A DNA stretch of 64,000 nt from Trichomonas gallinae (taxonomy: Eukaryota), in assembly GCA_008369845.1 (NCBI GenBank), contig MRSU01000808.1:1-64000 (forward strand), in the 5' to 3' direction. The notes below the pieces were generated by a model. The model was not told where the DNA came from and did no database searches. It was given only the letters and a program-made list of their open reading frames with translations. The position numbers were made by a program, and so were the translations under genes. Of the stretch, positions 53,468 through 64,000 are shown in pieces; positions within the stretch are counted from its first letter, which is position 1, and the number at the start of each line of letters is the position of its first letter.

Positions 53468-53947
53468 GTCAATCTAATATAATCTTGCAATAACAAATTG
53501 ATGGTACAAATATATAATACTAGAAATTTTCTTGTCAAAGGATTTTTTTTATTGATCAATATCGAATTTTGAAATTCAATAATAATCGCATATCGTTGTC
53601 CAAAACTACATATATCATCAGTGTCTAAATAGATTATTTTATATATTATTATTATTTGTAAACTATTCGAAAAATAAAAATAACCTTATTTATGATTATT
53701 TTATGAATATTTGTAAATTTAGTTCATTTTTAATCTTTCGTGAATATATAAATAGTTAGTTATAATTTTGCAATTTTACGAGTTTTGAGATTGATTCAAT
53801 AAAAAAAATTCAATAAAAACTGACGAAGACGTTTCTTTCAAATTTTCTTATGAAAATATTTTGTAACAAATTAGTCGATTAAAATCGTTACTTTATAAGA
53901 AATATGAATATTCTTTAATAACAATGAAATTTTCATCATTTCAACGA

Positions 53948-55984
53948 ATGTTTTTTTCTCTTTCTGATTTCCTTGCTAAAAAGATTCCATTTGGGATTGA
54001 AAGCATTATGACTGAGTTTAGAGTGTGTACAAACATAGAATGCTCGAGTGTTTTACCTGATCTTCCCTTTAATTTAGATAATGACAAAATTAAATTTCAT
54101 TCGATTTTAAAAAATCAAGCATTTTATTACACAATATTGAATTATGATAACATCAAAAAGGATATAAGCGTTTTTTTAGATATCAATACCGTAACCTCAA
54201 ACAATGTTAAAATTTATCAACATGGTTCAACTAAGAAGATGATAATAAAAAGCAATTATTCGCAATATTATATAGATTTATCACCAATACAATCTTTTAA
54301 AATTATCAATGATAAAAATTTTACAAGAATTGAGATTCTTTTAGGAATACATCAAGCAATACCCTACAAAATGATTCAAAATCATATTATATTAAGTAAT
54401 ATTAGATCAAAAAAGGTAATGGAACAACAAGATTTGAAATTTGTAAATATTGGAAATTTAAATCAAAATCAACAAAATTATGTGGATTCTGGAGATGATC
54501 ATGTTATTGAATATACTGTTTATTCTAATATTAACACAAAATTTACAGTAAATTATAAAATTGACAGTTTTATAGAGAAAGAAACCAAGCCTAAATCAAT
54601 TGATAAAAGTCAAACAATGACTAAAAGGTTGAGAATCAAATTCAAAGCATCTAAAATTCCTCCAGGCGTTTATGATCTATCAATTTGGATCGAAAGAAAA
54701 GGATCAAATTATAAATATGATGAAAGACATTTTGCAATAACAATTAGGTCTAATAAAGATACACCAATTCTAAATTTAGATGAAATCAATGAATATTACA
54801 CTAATGAATTTAATATCATACAATTAAATGGGAAGTTAAATCCAAAAGAATCATATGATAACTATTTTAATCTATATTACCAATTTGATGCTGCAGAACA
54901 TGGAAGTAGTCTAATTAAAGATACCAATATTAAACGTAATCTGACTATACCACTCAGTGAAGAGAAAGACCAAGTTCTGTTAAAGATATGGTGTGAATTT
55001 GGCAATAAATTATCAAACACTGTGTATTTTATCTTTGGTTATTACAAAAAAGTCGAATTGAAGTTATCTGATTTCACCGGTTCTAGATTTGGAAATAATA
55101 ATATCACGGGAATGATTCAAGCTGTTGGCTCTAATTTTAGCCGTGATTTTGATATATTCTATAAAATTGGTAACAATAATTATCACAAATATTATGACAG
55201 GCTAGGCTCATTTGATCCATTCGAAATAAGCATCGAAAATATTCAACAAAAAAATAATGAATATAATTTATCAATCAAAATTCAAAATGATTATGAAATT
55301 GCTGAATCAACAACATCGTTTTCAAATAATGGAAATCCTCCAGAATTCCATATTATTGAGTTCGGCAAAGAAGAAAATGTTTATGGTACAGATAAATTTT
55401 TACATGTCAAAGCTTTAATTAGAGATATTGACAACAATAATGTAACACTTCGTTCATATTATAATAGTTATAATGATACAAAGGATATTATTGTTGTATC
55501 TGCGAATCCATCATGGACAGAAGTATCCGGAAATATTTTAATTGATGACAAAGAACCAGGAAACTATACCTTAAAATTTTATGTGACTAATGGTCCAAAA
55601 AATTCCAATGATATTCCAAAAACATTTTACATCATTAATCCAGATTATGCCCTACAGATAAACAGTATCGAAGTATATAAAAACAATACAATGAATGTGA
55701 ATCTTACATTGAAACCTGATCCGACTTTATTGTCAATTAAAATCGATGAAACTGAAGTCTTTTTTTCAAATACCGACTTTTATATTCCAAAAGATGGTTA
55801 TAAGATTATTTCATGCAAGACAAGAGATATCAAAACAGGAAAACATGTGGTGTCAGTTCAAGCTTCTTTTCAAGATGGGTCAAGAATTACAAGACTACAC
55901 ACAATTTTTAATCATTATGCAAAAACTAACTCGGCAGGTTTTATTTATCACTTCAGAAGATATCTTAGAAAATCATCACGATGA
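53948..55984 (+). CDS. Divergent Bap-like / Ig-like repeat protein
   Basis: Ig-like motifs PPGVYDLSIW, LYYQFD, IRDIDNN, PGNYTLKFYV and GKHVVSVQA. The ATG at 53948 lies 12 nt after TCATTT; the alternative ATG is at 53924. Confidence 0.65.
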   Translation: MFFSLSDFLAKKIPFGIESIMTEFRVCTNIECSSVLPDLPFNLDNDKIKFHSILKNQAFYYTILNYDNIKKDISVFLDINTVTSNNVKIYQHGSTKKMIIKSNYSQYYIDLSPIQSFKIINDKNFTRIEILLGIHQAIPYKMIQNHIILSNIRSKKVMEQQDLKFVNIGNLNQNQQNYVDSGDDHVIEYTVYSNINTKFTVNYKIDSFIEKETKPKSIDKSQTMTKRLRIKFKASKIPPGVYDLSIWIERKGSNYKYDERHFAITIRSNKDTPILNLDEINEYYTNEFNIIQLNGKLNPKESYDNYFNLYYQFDAAEHGSSLIKDTNIKRNLTIPLSEEKDQVLLKIWCEFGNKLSNTVYFIFGYYKKVELKLSDFTGSRFGNNNITGMIQAVGSNFSRDFDIFYKIGNNNYHKYYDRLGSFDPFEISIENIQQKNNEYNLSIKIQNDYEIAESTTSFSNNGNPPEFHIIEFGKEENVYGTDKFLHVKALIRDIDNNNVTLRSYYNSYNDTKDIIVVSANPSWTEVSGNILIDDKEPGNYTLKFYVTNGPKNSNDIPKTFYIINPDYALQINSIEVYKNNTMNVNLTLKPDPTLLSIKIDETEVFFSNTDFYIPKDGYKIISCKTRDIKTGKHVVSVQASFQDGSRITRLHTIFNHYAKTNSAGFIYHFRRYLRKSSR

Positions 55985-56546
55985 ATTTGACAATGTTCAC
56001 TTTCAAACAATGCAATGATTTTGTAATGACAATCGCATAATTTGTATTCAATATTAATGTTTAATAGTAATAATAATTTGTGTTGTATCAAAATTTAATC
56101 GCATCAAAATAAGATCTTTCTGCTGCATGGTCAAGGCACTGCTCATATAAATAATTCATGATACATTAAACATATTTATGTGGTTTGTGCTAAATCGTTC
56201 TGTTATCTCGAAGTTTAATTAATTTTTTTTTTTTCATAATATATTTATCTATATATGATGTATCGCACAACGTTGTCCTACACTACCAAAATCCAACAAT
56301 AAATAAGATTATCGAAGAAATCATATAGATTGAATGATTGGAGAAACATATCGGTAACGGTAAATGCTATCTAGTTTCGGTCGAAAAAAATATGCATATC
56401 TTAAATAAATAATCGCGAAATAGGCATAATGACACTCTCTATTCCCTGATAAATTAATTATGGTGCTCTATCATATATTTTACTAAAAAACGTTATTTTG
56501 CTCAATTATAAAATGTAAAGTTTACAATAAAAGTTTACAACAAAAA

Positions 56547-56885
56547 ATGAGTGATCATGATCATTGCAGCTGCAATTTCGTTGAATCAGATGAATGGGAG
56601 CCACTCGCTGATCACCCAGAGTTCGAAATACAGCGCCGTTTTCCTTATCCAATCCGCGATGCTGAAACTAAAAAAGTTCTCAAAGAGTTTAAACTCTCTA
56701 ACGGCTACGTACGTCTGAGATTAGAGGAAGGCAAGGACTTCTTAAAGCATAGATTAGTCGCAAACCAGTGGATTTGCAACGATCATAATATGCCATTCGT
56801 TGATCATGCTGACAAGACGCACGATAACTACCATATTAGCAATCTTTCGAGAAGTACTCATGTTTGCGCACGTTGCAAGAAATAA
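56547..56885 (+). CDS. Phage/virus-like HNH endonuclease (NUMOD4/HNH_3-like), C-terminally degenerate
   Basis: EWEPLADHPEFEI, NGYVRLRL, KHRLVANQWI and VDHADKTHDNYHISNL; the usual following W...N helix is not conserved. Confidence 0.8.
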   Translation: MSDHDHCSCNFVESDEWEPLADHPEFEIQRRFPYPIRDAETKKVLKEFKLSNGYVRLRLEEGKDFLKHRLVANQWICNDHNMPFVDHADKTHDNYHISNLSRSTHVCARCKK

Positions 56886-57454
56886 AATCCAATAAAACGG
56901 TTTTTATTGATTAAATAATTTCGACTTATTGGCATTATTCATGAACTAAATCGTTAAAATTATGTTTCAATTACTATTTGTTTATATAATTACAAGCAAC
57001 TTTTTGAATTTAAAAAATTGTGTTAATTTTTTTCTTTTTTCAAGCAGAAACAAATACATCGTATGATATTTATCTACATTTTAAATAATATTTCTGCTCT
57101 TTTGTTAATGCTTTATTATCACATTGATATAAAATACTGATTTAATAGAAGTTATCCAACCTATTGGTTGCTTTTTGCATTATATGGTCATTATTATAAT
57201 AAAATGACTATGAAGCTCAATAACTTGTTTTGTTTCTAAGAATAAGTAGTAAGCATATGACTTTGAACATAAATAATTTAATATAATGATTGTTACAAGA
57301 AAATAAAATCGAATGCATATTTCCAAATTCTAAAATAAAAAAAATCATTTGAAAAATTTAAAAATCTAAGCAATTTTGGGTTTCTTCATCAAAAATATGA
57401 ATTTTTAAGAATATTTATGAATAAATAAGCAATTAAAAACAAAAAGTATTAAAT

Positions 57455-60400
57455 ATGAGTAAACGGTTGCAAATGCAACCAAAAAAACTTGAAAATGAAG
57501 AAGAATTGCCTAGTAACGTTCTCTTGAAGAGAGTATTCGAGAAACGTCGCAAAGGTTTCATCTCTGCGCTTCAAGAAACTTTATATCACATTTCTCACGA
57601 CAAAGTTGTAAGAGAAATACTTCAAAACAAATGCACCGCACAGTTTTTGGCTGACAGAGTCGGAGAAATCTTCTCTGAGTCTTTAAATCGCGAAAGAAAT
57701 AATTTTCTAATTTCGTTATATCAAAAAGTTCAACGAATTGAAACAATTTACTTATCAAAACACATAGAAAGACTTAAAGATATAGAAAATAAACTAATCG
57801 CAGCCGCAAACGAACAAAGTTCTGATGAAAAAAATCATATGAAGCAAATAATTGCTTTAAATGAGCAAGTTAAGGCATTACAGAACGAAATAGCGACACT
57901 AAATACAGAACAACTAGAAAAACACGAAGAAATCGCAGAACAAACAGAAAATGAAAAATCAATCTCAATTCTTAAAAATCCAACACATATCTATGCAAAT
58001 CTAGACTTGACAGAGACAATGACCAAAATTAAACTGATTCAAGCTGAGTCTGACTCAATGCATCGTGTTGCACACGTTTTCTTCAAAAATACAAAATCAT
58101 TGTTTAAATATCTTAAGACAAACATAACAAAACAGATGAAGATCCATGAAAAAGACAAATTAGCTTTGGCTGACAAAATTAAAAGCCTCAATCATGATTT
58201 AGAAGCTTGCAAACAAAATTATGAAGAAAATATCATTCCTTCTATTAAGAAAGACATAGAAATCAAGCTAAATAATCAAATAAGTATTAATAATAAATAC
58301 AGTGAACAAATAGCAACGCTTCAAAGTGAACTTTCGAAATTAAATATTCAATATCAGCAAATTCAGCCGGAAAACTTGCAATTGAAATCCCAACTTAAAA
58401 TATTCGAAGATAAAAGCATAGTATGTGACAAAGAAATCGCAAATCTTCAATCAGAACTGAGAAGAGAAAAAGAATATTCTCAAAAGGTAAATGAAGACTT
58501 AGAATTAAAGAAATCGCTTGTTGATAGGCTACAGATAGATAAATCAGCAGCAGAACGTGATAAATTGCTGTTTCAACAATCGAATACAAGATTATCGAAC
58601 CAAAACGCAGAAAAAGACGCGCAAATCAAGAAATTACAAGATGAACTTGCTGAAAGAAGGAAGCAATTCACGGAAGTTGACCTAAAAAGAAATGAATTAG
58701 AAAAATCTCTTCAAACTTCTAGTAATCAATATACTTTGTTGAATGAAAAAGTCACTAAACTAGAGCCAGAGCTTAGACACACAAAGAACCAATTGGAATT
58801 GTTTAAAGATAAATATAATAAAATGAAATCTTCACTAGAAAAGACTCAGCAAGAAAATGCTAAGAACTCAGATCTTGTGATCCAATATGAACATAATATA
58901 TCAAATTTAACAGAGGAACTCGAAAAAATCCAAGCATTGTTGAAATCTTCAGAAAGAAAAGCAGCTGATCTACAAACAAACTTCAAGAGCCAAGGAGATC
59001 AGTTAAAAGATGCCCAAGATCGTGCAAACAAGTTCGAAAATGAAAACGAAAAACTTCAAAAAGATTTAATGGACCAACAATTGACAATTTCGACCCAAAA
59101 AGCTAAAATCGAGACTCTAGGGAACTTCAATGAGAAGCTTTCGCAGAGACAAGCTGAATTAGAGAAGCAGAACGAAATTCTCGATAATGAAAATAGAAAA
59201 GCTACTGCGGAAATTACACAATATAAATCTCAACTCAGAGAACAGATGGTCAAGGATGATGATAACCAGCAAAAATTCTTTAAACTTCAAAATGATGTCG
59301 CAAAATTAAAAGATGATTTACAGCAAGCGAGAAATGAGCTTCAAACTGCAAATTCCGAGAGAAATCAAGCTAAACAGTTGCAGGAAGATGCGGATGCTGA
59401 AAATGCAGCATTAAAAGAGCAAAATACGATTTTGCAAAACGAAAATGAAGATTTGAGGAAGAAAACAGTTGATGGTAACCTTCTTTCAGTCCAATTAAAT
59501 GAAACATCCGAGAGAAACAAGGCATTAACGAATCAAAATAATACCTTGCAAAAACAATTAATGGATTTAGCCTCAATTTCTCGAGACACAAAAGCTATAA
59601 TTGATGAGGTTCAGAAGTTTGTAACATTTAAATCTGCCCAAGATTTAGCGAATAAATTAAATGATTTGAGAAATGGATACAACCTTTCTACAAAGATCAG
59701 AGAGATGGTTAATGCTGAAAATGACGAACAATGCATCGCAAATATCAAAGAATTAAACAAAAGTCATCATGCAATTCAAAAAATACAAGCAGCGATGCCT
59801 GGAGTTGCTCTCAAAGACATTGTTGCGCAGATTGAGCACCAAAAATCAGAGATAGAAAGGCTAAATGCTGAACAAAAAAGAATTTTCGAAATGTTATCGG
59901 CTGAACCTAATGTTGACATCTCCAAAACAATACAGGACTTATTATATCAGCAGAGACATGTTGGAGAGCAGCTGATTTCCGCTGCTGATTTCATTTCAGA
60001 AGTTTTAAGTATTGTAACTGGTTCATCTACTGGAACAAGTCTAGTTTTCCCACTAAAGAAAGATGAAAGACAGAAATTGTTGGAACTTGTTACAAGAATC
60101 AAGAAGAGATTCGATGATGATCATCAAACTGTCGAAACAATCATAGAAAGGAGCCGAGCAAGAGGATATTCAGGCATGAGTGCTATAGAAGCTGCTGAGT
60201 TCGATTCCGATAATGCAAATACTCAAAAAACAGTGATGAAATTAAAAGATACTCTTTCTAAGAAGATAGAAACATCATCTAGAAGAGAAGAGCAGCTTCT
60301 TGCTGAAAATGCCAGATTGATGCAAGAAATTGAAGAACAGAAAAGAATAAGAACTGAAATGGGAAGAATATTCGCAAGCGGAAGCGGAGATATTTCATTA

Positions 60401-60547
60401 TTACGCTCAAATCTTAATGAAAGCGAGTTTGCAGTCATTGATTTTATTCAACAGATGAAGCAGAAAGAAAAAGCTTCTGCAAAACTGCAGCAGATGCAGA
60501 AAAAGTCAAGAGAGAGTCTTCTTGGCTCATCTTCTTCAGGAAATTGA
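57455..60547 (+). CDS. Long coiled-coil protein
   Basis: 1030-aa ORF with E/K/Q/L-rich heptads. Confidence 0.85.
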   Translation: MSKRLQMQPKKLENEEELPSNVLLKRVFEKRRKGFISALQETLYHISHDKVVREILQNKCTAQFLADRVGEIFSESLNRERNNFLISLYQKVQRIETIYLSKHIERLKDIENKLIAAANEQSSDEKNHMKQIIALNEQVKALQNEIATLNTEQLEKHEEIAEQTENEKSISILKNPTHIYANLDLTETMTKIKLIQAESDSMHRVAHVFFKNTKSLFKYLKTNITKQMKIHEKDKLALADKIKSLNHDLEACKQNYEENIIPSIKKDIEIKLNNQISINNKYSEQIATLQSELSKLNIQYQQIQPENLQLKSQLKIFEDKSIVCDKEIANLQSELRREKEYSQKVNEDLELKKSLVDRLQIDKSAAERDKLLFQQSNTRLSNQNAEKDAQIKKLQDELAERRKQFTEVDLKRNELEKSLQTSSNQYTLLNEKVTKLEPELRHTKNQLELFKDKYNKMKSSLEKTQQENAKNSDLVIQYEHNISNLTEELEKIQALLKSSERKAADLQTNFKSQGDQLKDAQDRANKFENENEKLQKDLMDQQLTISTQKAKIETLGNFNEKLSQRQAELEKQNEILDNENRKATAEITQYKSQLREQMVKDDDNQQKFFKLQNDVAKLKDDLQQARNELQTANSERNQAKQLQEDADAENAALKEQNTILQNENEDLRKKTVDGNLLSVQLNETSERNKALTNQNNTLQKQLMDLASISRDTKAIIDEVQKFVTFKSAQDLANKLNDLRNGYNLSTKIREMVNAENDEQCIANIKELNKSHHAIQKIQAAMPGVALKDIVAQIEHQKSEIERLNAEQKRIFEMLSAEPNVDISKTIQDLLYQQRHVGEQLISAADFISEVLSIVTGSSTGTSLVFPLKKDERQKLLELVTRIKKRFDDDHQTVETIIERSRARGYSGMSAIEAAEFDSDNANTQKTVMKLKDTLSKKIETSSRREEQLLAENARLMQEIEEQKRIRTEMGRIFASGSGDISLLRSNLNESEFAVIDFIQQMKQKEKASAKLQQMQKKSRESLLGSSSSGN

Positions 60548-61165
60548 TTTTGTTATATTTTATTGTATTTATTGTTAAAATATATTTAATATTATTCATT
60601 TTCTATATATTGATTTAAAAGCACTGGTACAACATATAATAAATTTATCATAAGGAATCTATCTCAGTATAGTTTTCCGCTTGAAATTATCTGATTAATT
60701 TGTTTTGAGCTTTTATAGATAAAAAATATAAGCCAATGATCTTGTAATTTAAGCCATGCTAGAATTTCGATGATATAACAAATTATTTATTCGTCTTGAA
60801 ATATCTAAATTTAAAGCCAAATGAATAATAAATTATATTAATCGATTATAAATTTAAGAATTTCTCGCTTTATTTTTGATTGTTCAGTTTAATTATTGAA
60901 AAAACAATAAAAAGATGGAAACAGACCGAGTTGAATGACAGACTGCATAGATAAAAGCAAACTAATATAAAAATAATGTTCTTTTGCTGCCAATCTATGG
61001 TAATTATGCAAAAAAGATGTAATAAGAATAAAAATTCATCAAATGAATGTTCGCTGATTGGTTCTTTTCTCTTAGTTAGAGAGATGGAAAAAGCCTGGTA
61101 TATTTAATAATAACATGGATAAATAATATATTTAATAAAATAAGGAACAAAAAAATACAAACAAA

Positions 61166-61825
61166 TTAAAGATGGAAGGAGCTGAAATATGTAACAGATT
61201 CACATAAGATCATGTTTGGGGTCAAATGTGTATACCATTTTGAGAATAATTGCGTTGGATTATTTCTGTAAACTAATGCAGCTGGAACAGAGAAAATTGC
61301 TGCACAGAAGTTCAAAGAAGCTACTAACAATTGCATCTTTGCGCCAGAAACAATTGGAATGTCTGTATTTGAAGTAGCAATTGGAGTAAGCATTTCAGAG
61401 ACCATTGCACCGCCAATCTTTGGTCCAATTTGGTTGGCAAAGAAAGCGATGAATTGCTCTGGTTCTGGTTTATGATTTGCATTATTCTGGCGATTCTTTC
61501 TTAATGTTTCAATTGGGAAGTTTACAGCTGTGACAATGCCAGCAGCTACAAGGCCTCCCGCGACGTAAACGAAAACTTTGCTTCCTTTTGGATCTTCAAA
61601 ATTGCGTCTGTATGTTTCTGAAATTGTATTTAATAAGCGTGTTGCGATTGGATATGCAACGAATGATGTTGCAGTCTGAAATCCTTTTAATAATGAATCA
61701 GTGAAATCCATTGGAGTAATGTCGCTGCTTAATCCTCTGATAACAGCGTTAGCGAATACATCTGCAGCTATTGTTGTCACATATGTATTCATCATCTCTT
61801 TGAAGAACTTACTAGATTGGGCCAT
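61166..61825 (-). CDS. Hydrophobic membrane protein, possibly a divergent mitochondrial-carrier-like protein
   Basis: ATG at 61825 after TCATT; several hydrophobic helices; AGGLVAAGIVTAVNFPIETLRK contains Px[DE]xx[KR]. Confidence 0.55.
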   Translation of the reverse strand: MAQSSKFFKEMMNTYVTTIAADVFANAVIRGLSSDITPMDFTDSLLKGFQTATSFVAYPIATRLLNTISETYRRNFEDPKGSKVFVYVAGGLVAAGIVTAVNFPIETLRKNRQNNANHKPEPEQFIAFFANQIGPKIGGAMVSEMLTPIATSNTDIPIVSGAKMQLLVASLNFCAAIFSVPAALVYRNNPTQLFSKWYTHLTPNMILCESVTYFSSFHL

Positions 61826-63904
61826 TGATAATAATGAAGAGTTTTTGTCAAAGATTTTGTAGATTCTCAAAAATTTTATTTTTGTACAAATCGATTAATA
61901 ACCATATTTCCAATACATTTATCAATGACTAAATTTTCTCTCAAATAATGATTTTAGTCACTTTTGCCTCAAAAGTCAACTCATATAATCTCAAAATTTT
62001 GTCACTTTTGCATAGAAAATTTGGCACGTTTTTGGACAATTCGTTTCGAAACATTTGTTTTGATGTTATAATTCTAAATTTGTTGTTTTGGCCAGGAATA
62101 TAATAATCAATTCAATTTTTTCAAAAAGACCATTCAAAACCTGTGATTATTTCGCAGTACGTTAGATTTGTTCATTGATTTTGCATGGCGAATAGCGCAA
62201 ATGGTTGTCATATCGCATAACAGGCATATATTCTAAATTTTGGCTGTATTCGATTTTCCTTTGAACTCGTTGATCAAAGATTTTGCGTGCTTTGAATTTT
62301 CAATGCGATTTTATTGGCGTGGAAGCATGATAAAAAAAGATCGGAATTTCAGGCATGTTATAAGTGAATAATGTTCTTTGGGATCGTATTATTGAGTTCA
62401 TAACATTTAGACAATAAATCTTCCGATAGATTATTTTTTTGATGATTTTTCTGTCTTTATTAATATATTTTGCTGATTTTTTGGAATTATATATGTTTAT
62501 GGTACTAGCTCTTCAATATGTTAGTTCCAAATTGCAAATTACACTTTGGAGGATCAATGCCTATTTCGTTTATAACAATGATTTATTATTATTCAAAATT
62601 TCTATTTGTGTTGTGTTATATACATCTTGTATATGTCATTTAATACGAAATTATTGATATCCAACACCTCCATCCAGCTGGATGCGATTATTGGATGATC
62701 TAAATATTTCAGCATTTGAAATCTTGAATCAGCATAATTATCACTTATATTTTCAAAAATATATGTAATTTTGTGGAAAGCAATAAATTGAAAATTGCTA
62801 TTTTTAAAAAGTTGAAAATTGCTGAAAATCCATCTGCAAAACAACCAAACCATTGTTTACAATGGGTTCCTGAGACATATGGTTTAAAATGAATTGTTTT
62901 GGCCTTTGAAAAGTAATTTTTTTGTGACTACTAATTATACATCTGATTTATGAATATAAATTCCGAAAAAGCACAAAAGAAAACAATATCATCGGCGGTT
63001 TATAAAAGGAAGTGTGCAAAGAAAAGTTTAAATTCAATTTTTAGCATGTCCATAATTATCAATAAGAATGATAATTCCAAATTTCAGTTTTTGTTGTAAA
63101 AATTTATGAATTCTAGCAGATTATCTTATATAAGATTATTCATATTATATAGAGTCTATTTAACATGAAATTGGTTAATTTTGAAGTAACTTGATTTTGA
63201 AAGTGATATTTGAAAAAATTGTGAAGAATATTTTTTTGGCTTTCAAAATTATCGGACGTAATAAATTTCATTTTCTCCAGAAGAATTTAGCTATTTAATG
63301 TATATTCTTTCTATTCGTTAGCATTTTCATATTTGCTATTTTATTTTACTTCTCAACAAAATTTGTTAATAATAGAATTAATTATTTGCACTAATTTTTT
63401 CACATTTTACTTTTTGACACTGTTCTAATTCATGCAATTATTAAAAAGAAAATATTCAAAATTAACTTGAAGGAAAAATCATCAAATAATTTACAGTATT
63501 ATTATCAATATTTAAAATGAAACTATTTTCTATTGTATTAATTTTGAATGTTCATTGAAAATAATACAATTGAAATTAATGCGGAGGAAAAACATGATGG
63601 AAAACAAATTTTTGTTGATTATTTTATCTATATTTTGATATTTTTTCTTGATTTCAAACTTTTAAAAAAATTGAAAAACATTTAAATAATTTTCTTATCA
63701 TTTTCATCAATATTAAACACTGAACTTGACTGTTCGATCATTTATTTTATCAATTTTCTATATTCGATTTTTTACTTGATAAAACTATTCTATTGACTTT
63801 ACTATATAATATTACAAGCAATTTACCTTTAATCAATTATAATTTGAATGTGTTTTCAAAAAATTCAATTTATTTTAGAAAACATATCATTTCATATTTA
63901 AATA

Positions 63905-64000
63905 ATGGAAGAAGTCAGCTCTGTTGTGTCTGGTTCATCTGATAACTATGCAGGTTCTTCTATATCCAAATATGAAGGCTTAGTTGATATCCCAATAACA
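63905..64000 (+). CDS. 5' end of a second transmembrane adenylyl cyclase (runs off the window)
   Basis: MEEVSSVVSGSSDNYAGSSISKYEGLVDIPIT matches the N-terminus of the 42165 protein (MQEKPSSGSSSAGDNVGMPSKLEELVDIPIS). Confidence 0.75.
   Translation, partial: MEEVSSVVSGSSDNYAGSSISKYEGLVDIPIT

Noticed and set aside
4486..60438. Many short ORFs antisense to or nested in long genes
   Set aside because: Shadow frames produced by the codon bias of the real genes.
4416..61870. GTG/TTG starts in the ORF track for 4416, 9506, 15016, 19475, 20551 and 61870
   Set aside because: Each has an in-frame ATG within about 20 codons in a normal context, so these are not start-less genes.
62050..62900. Slightly GC-richer intergenic stretch and short ORFs 62439-62657 and 62602-62853
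   Set aside because: No recognisable protein or repeat structure; possibly old pseudogene debris.
1..64000. Spliceosomal introns explaining the start-less ORFs
   Set aside because: By eye I found no canonical trichomonad GTAYGT...ACTAACACACAG intron upstream of these frames; the ACTACACAG at 47006-47014 is only a partial match.

Overview
AT-rich eukaryotic DNA with intron-free ORFs in the standard code. The gene families point to a trichomonad (Trichomonas vaginalis or a close relative; inferred, not searched): BspA/TpLRR proteins, transmembrane adenylyl cyclases, an ankyrin protein, Bap-like Ig-repeat proteins, an R2R3 Myb, a prodomain-less metacaspase, and TCAY initiator-like elements before ATGs. 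About 28 coding or pseudogene loci are supported, plus a 174-bp hAT-like MITE with 11-bp TIRs and an 8-bp TSD. The most unusual signal is a set of putative surface-protein frames (523-1188, 18053-19060, 24026-25480, 46980-47936, plus the deleted copy at 22712-23405). Four are intact over 220-480 codons but have no in-frame ATG where the protein should begin, while the housekeeping genes all have normal starts. These proteins of different folds also share a Cys plus short hydrophobic C-terminal tail. Other notable items are a phased TG(A/T)CA(C/T)GTAAA array and 27-bp inverted repeats around an aldo-keto reductase gene, a 25-bp exact copy of coding sequence in its own upstream region, a phage-like HNH ORF, and a pair of small putative regulators. 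No CRISPR, rRNA or tRNA was recognised.
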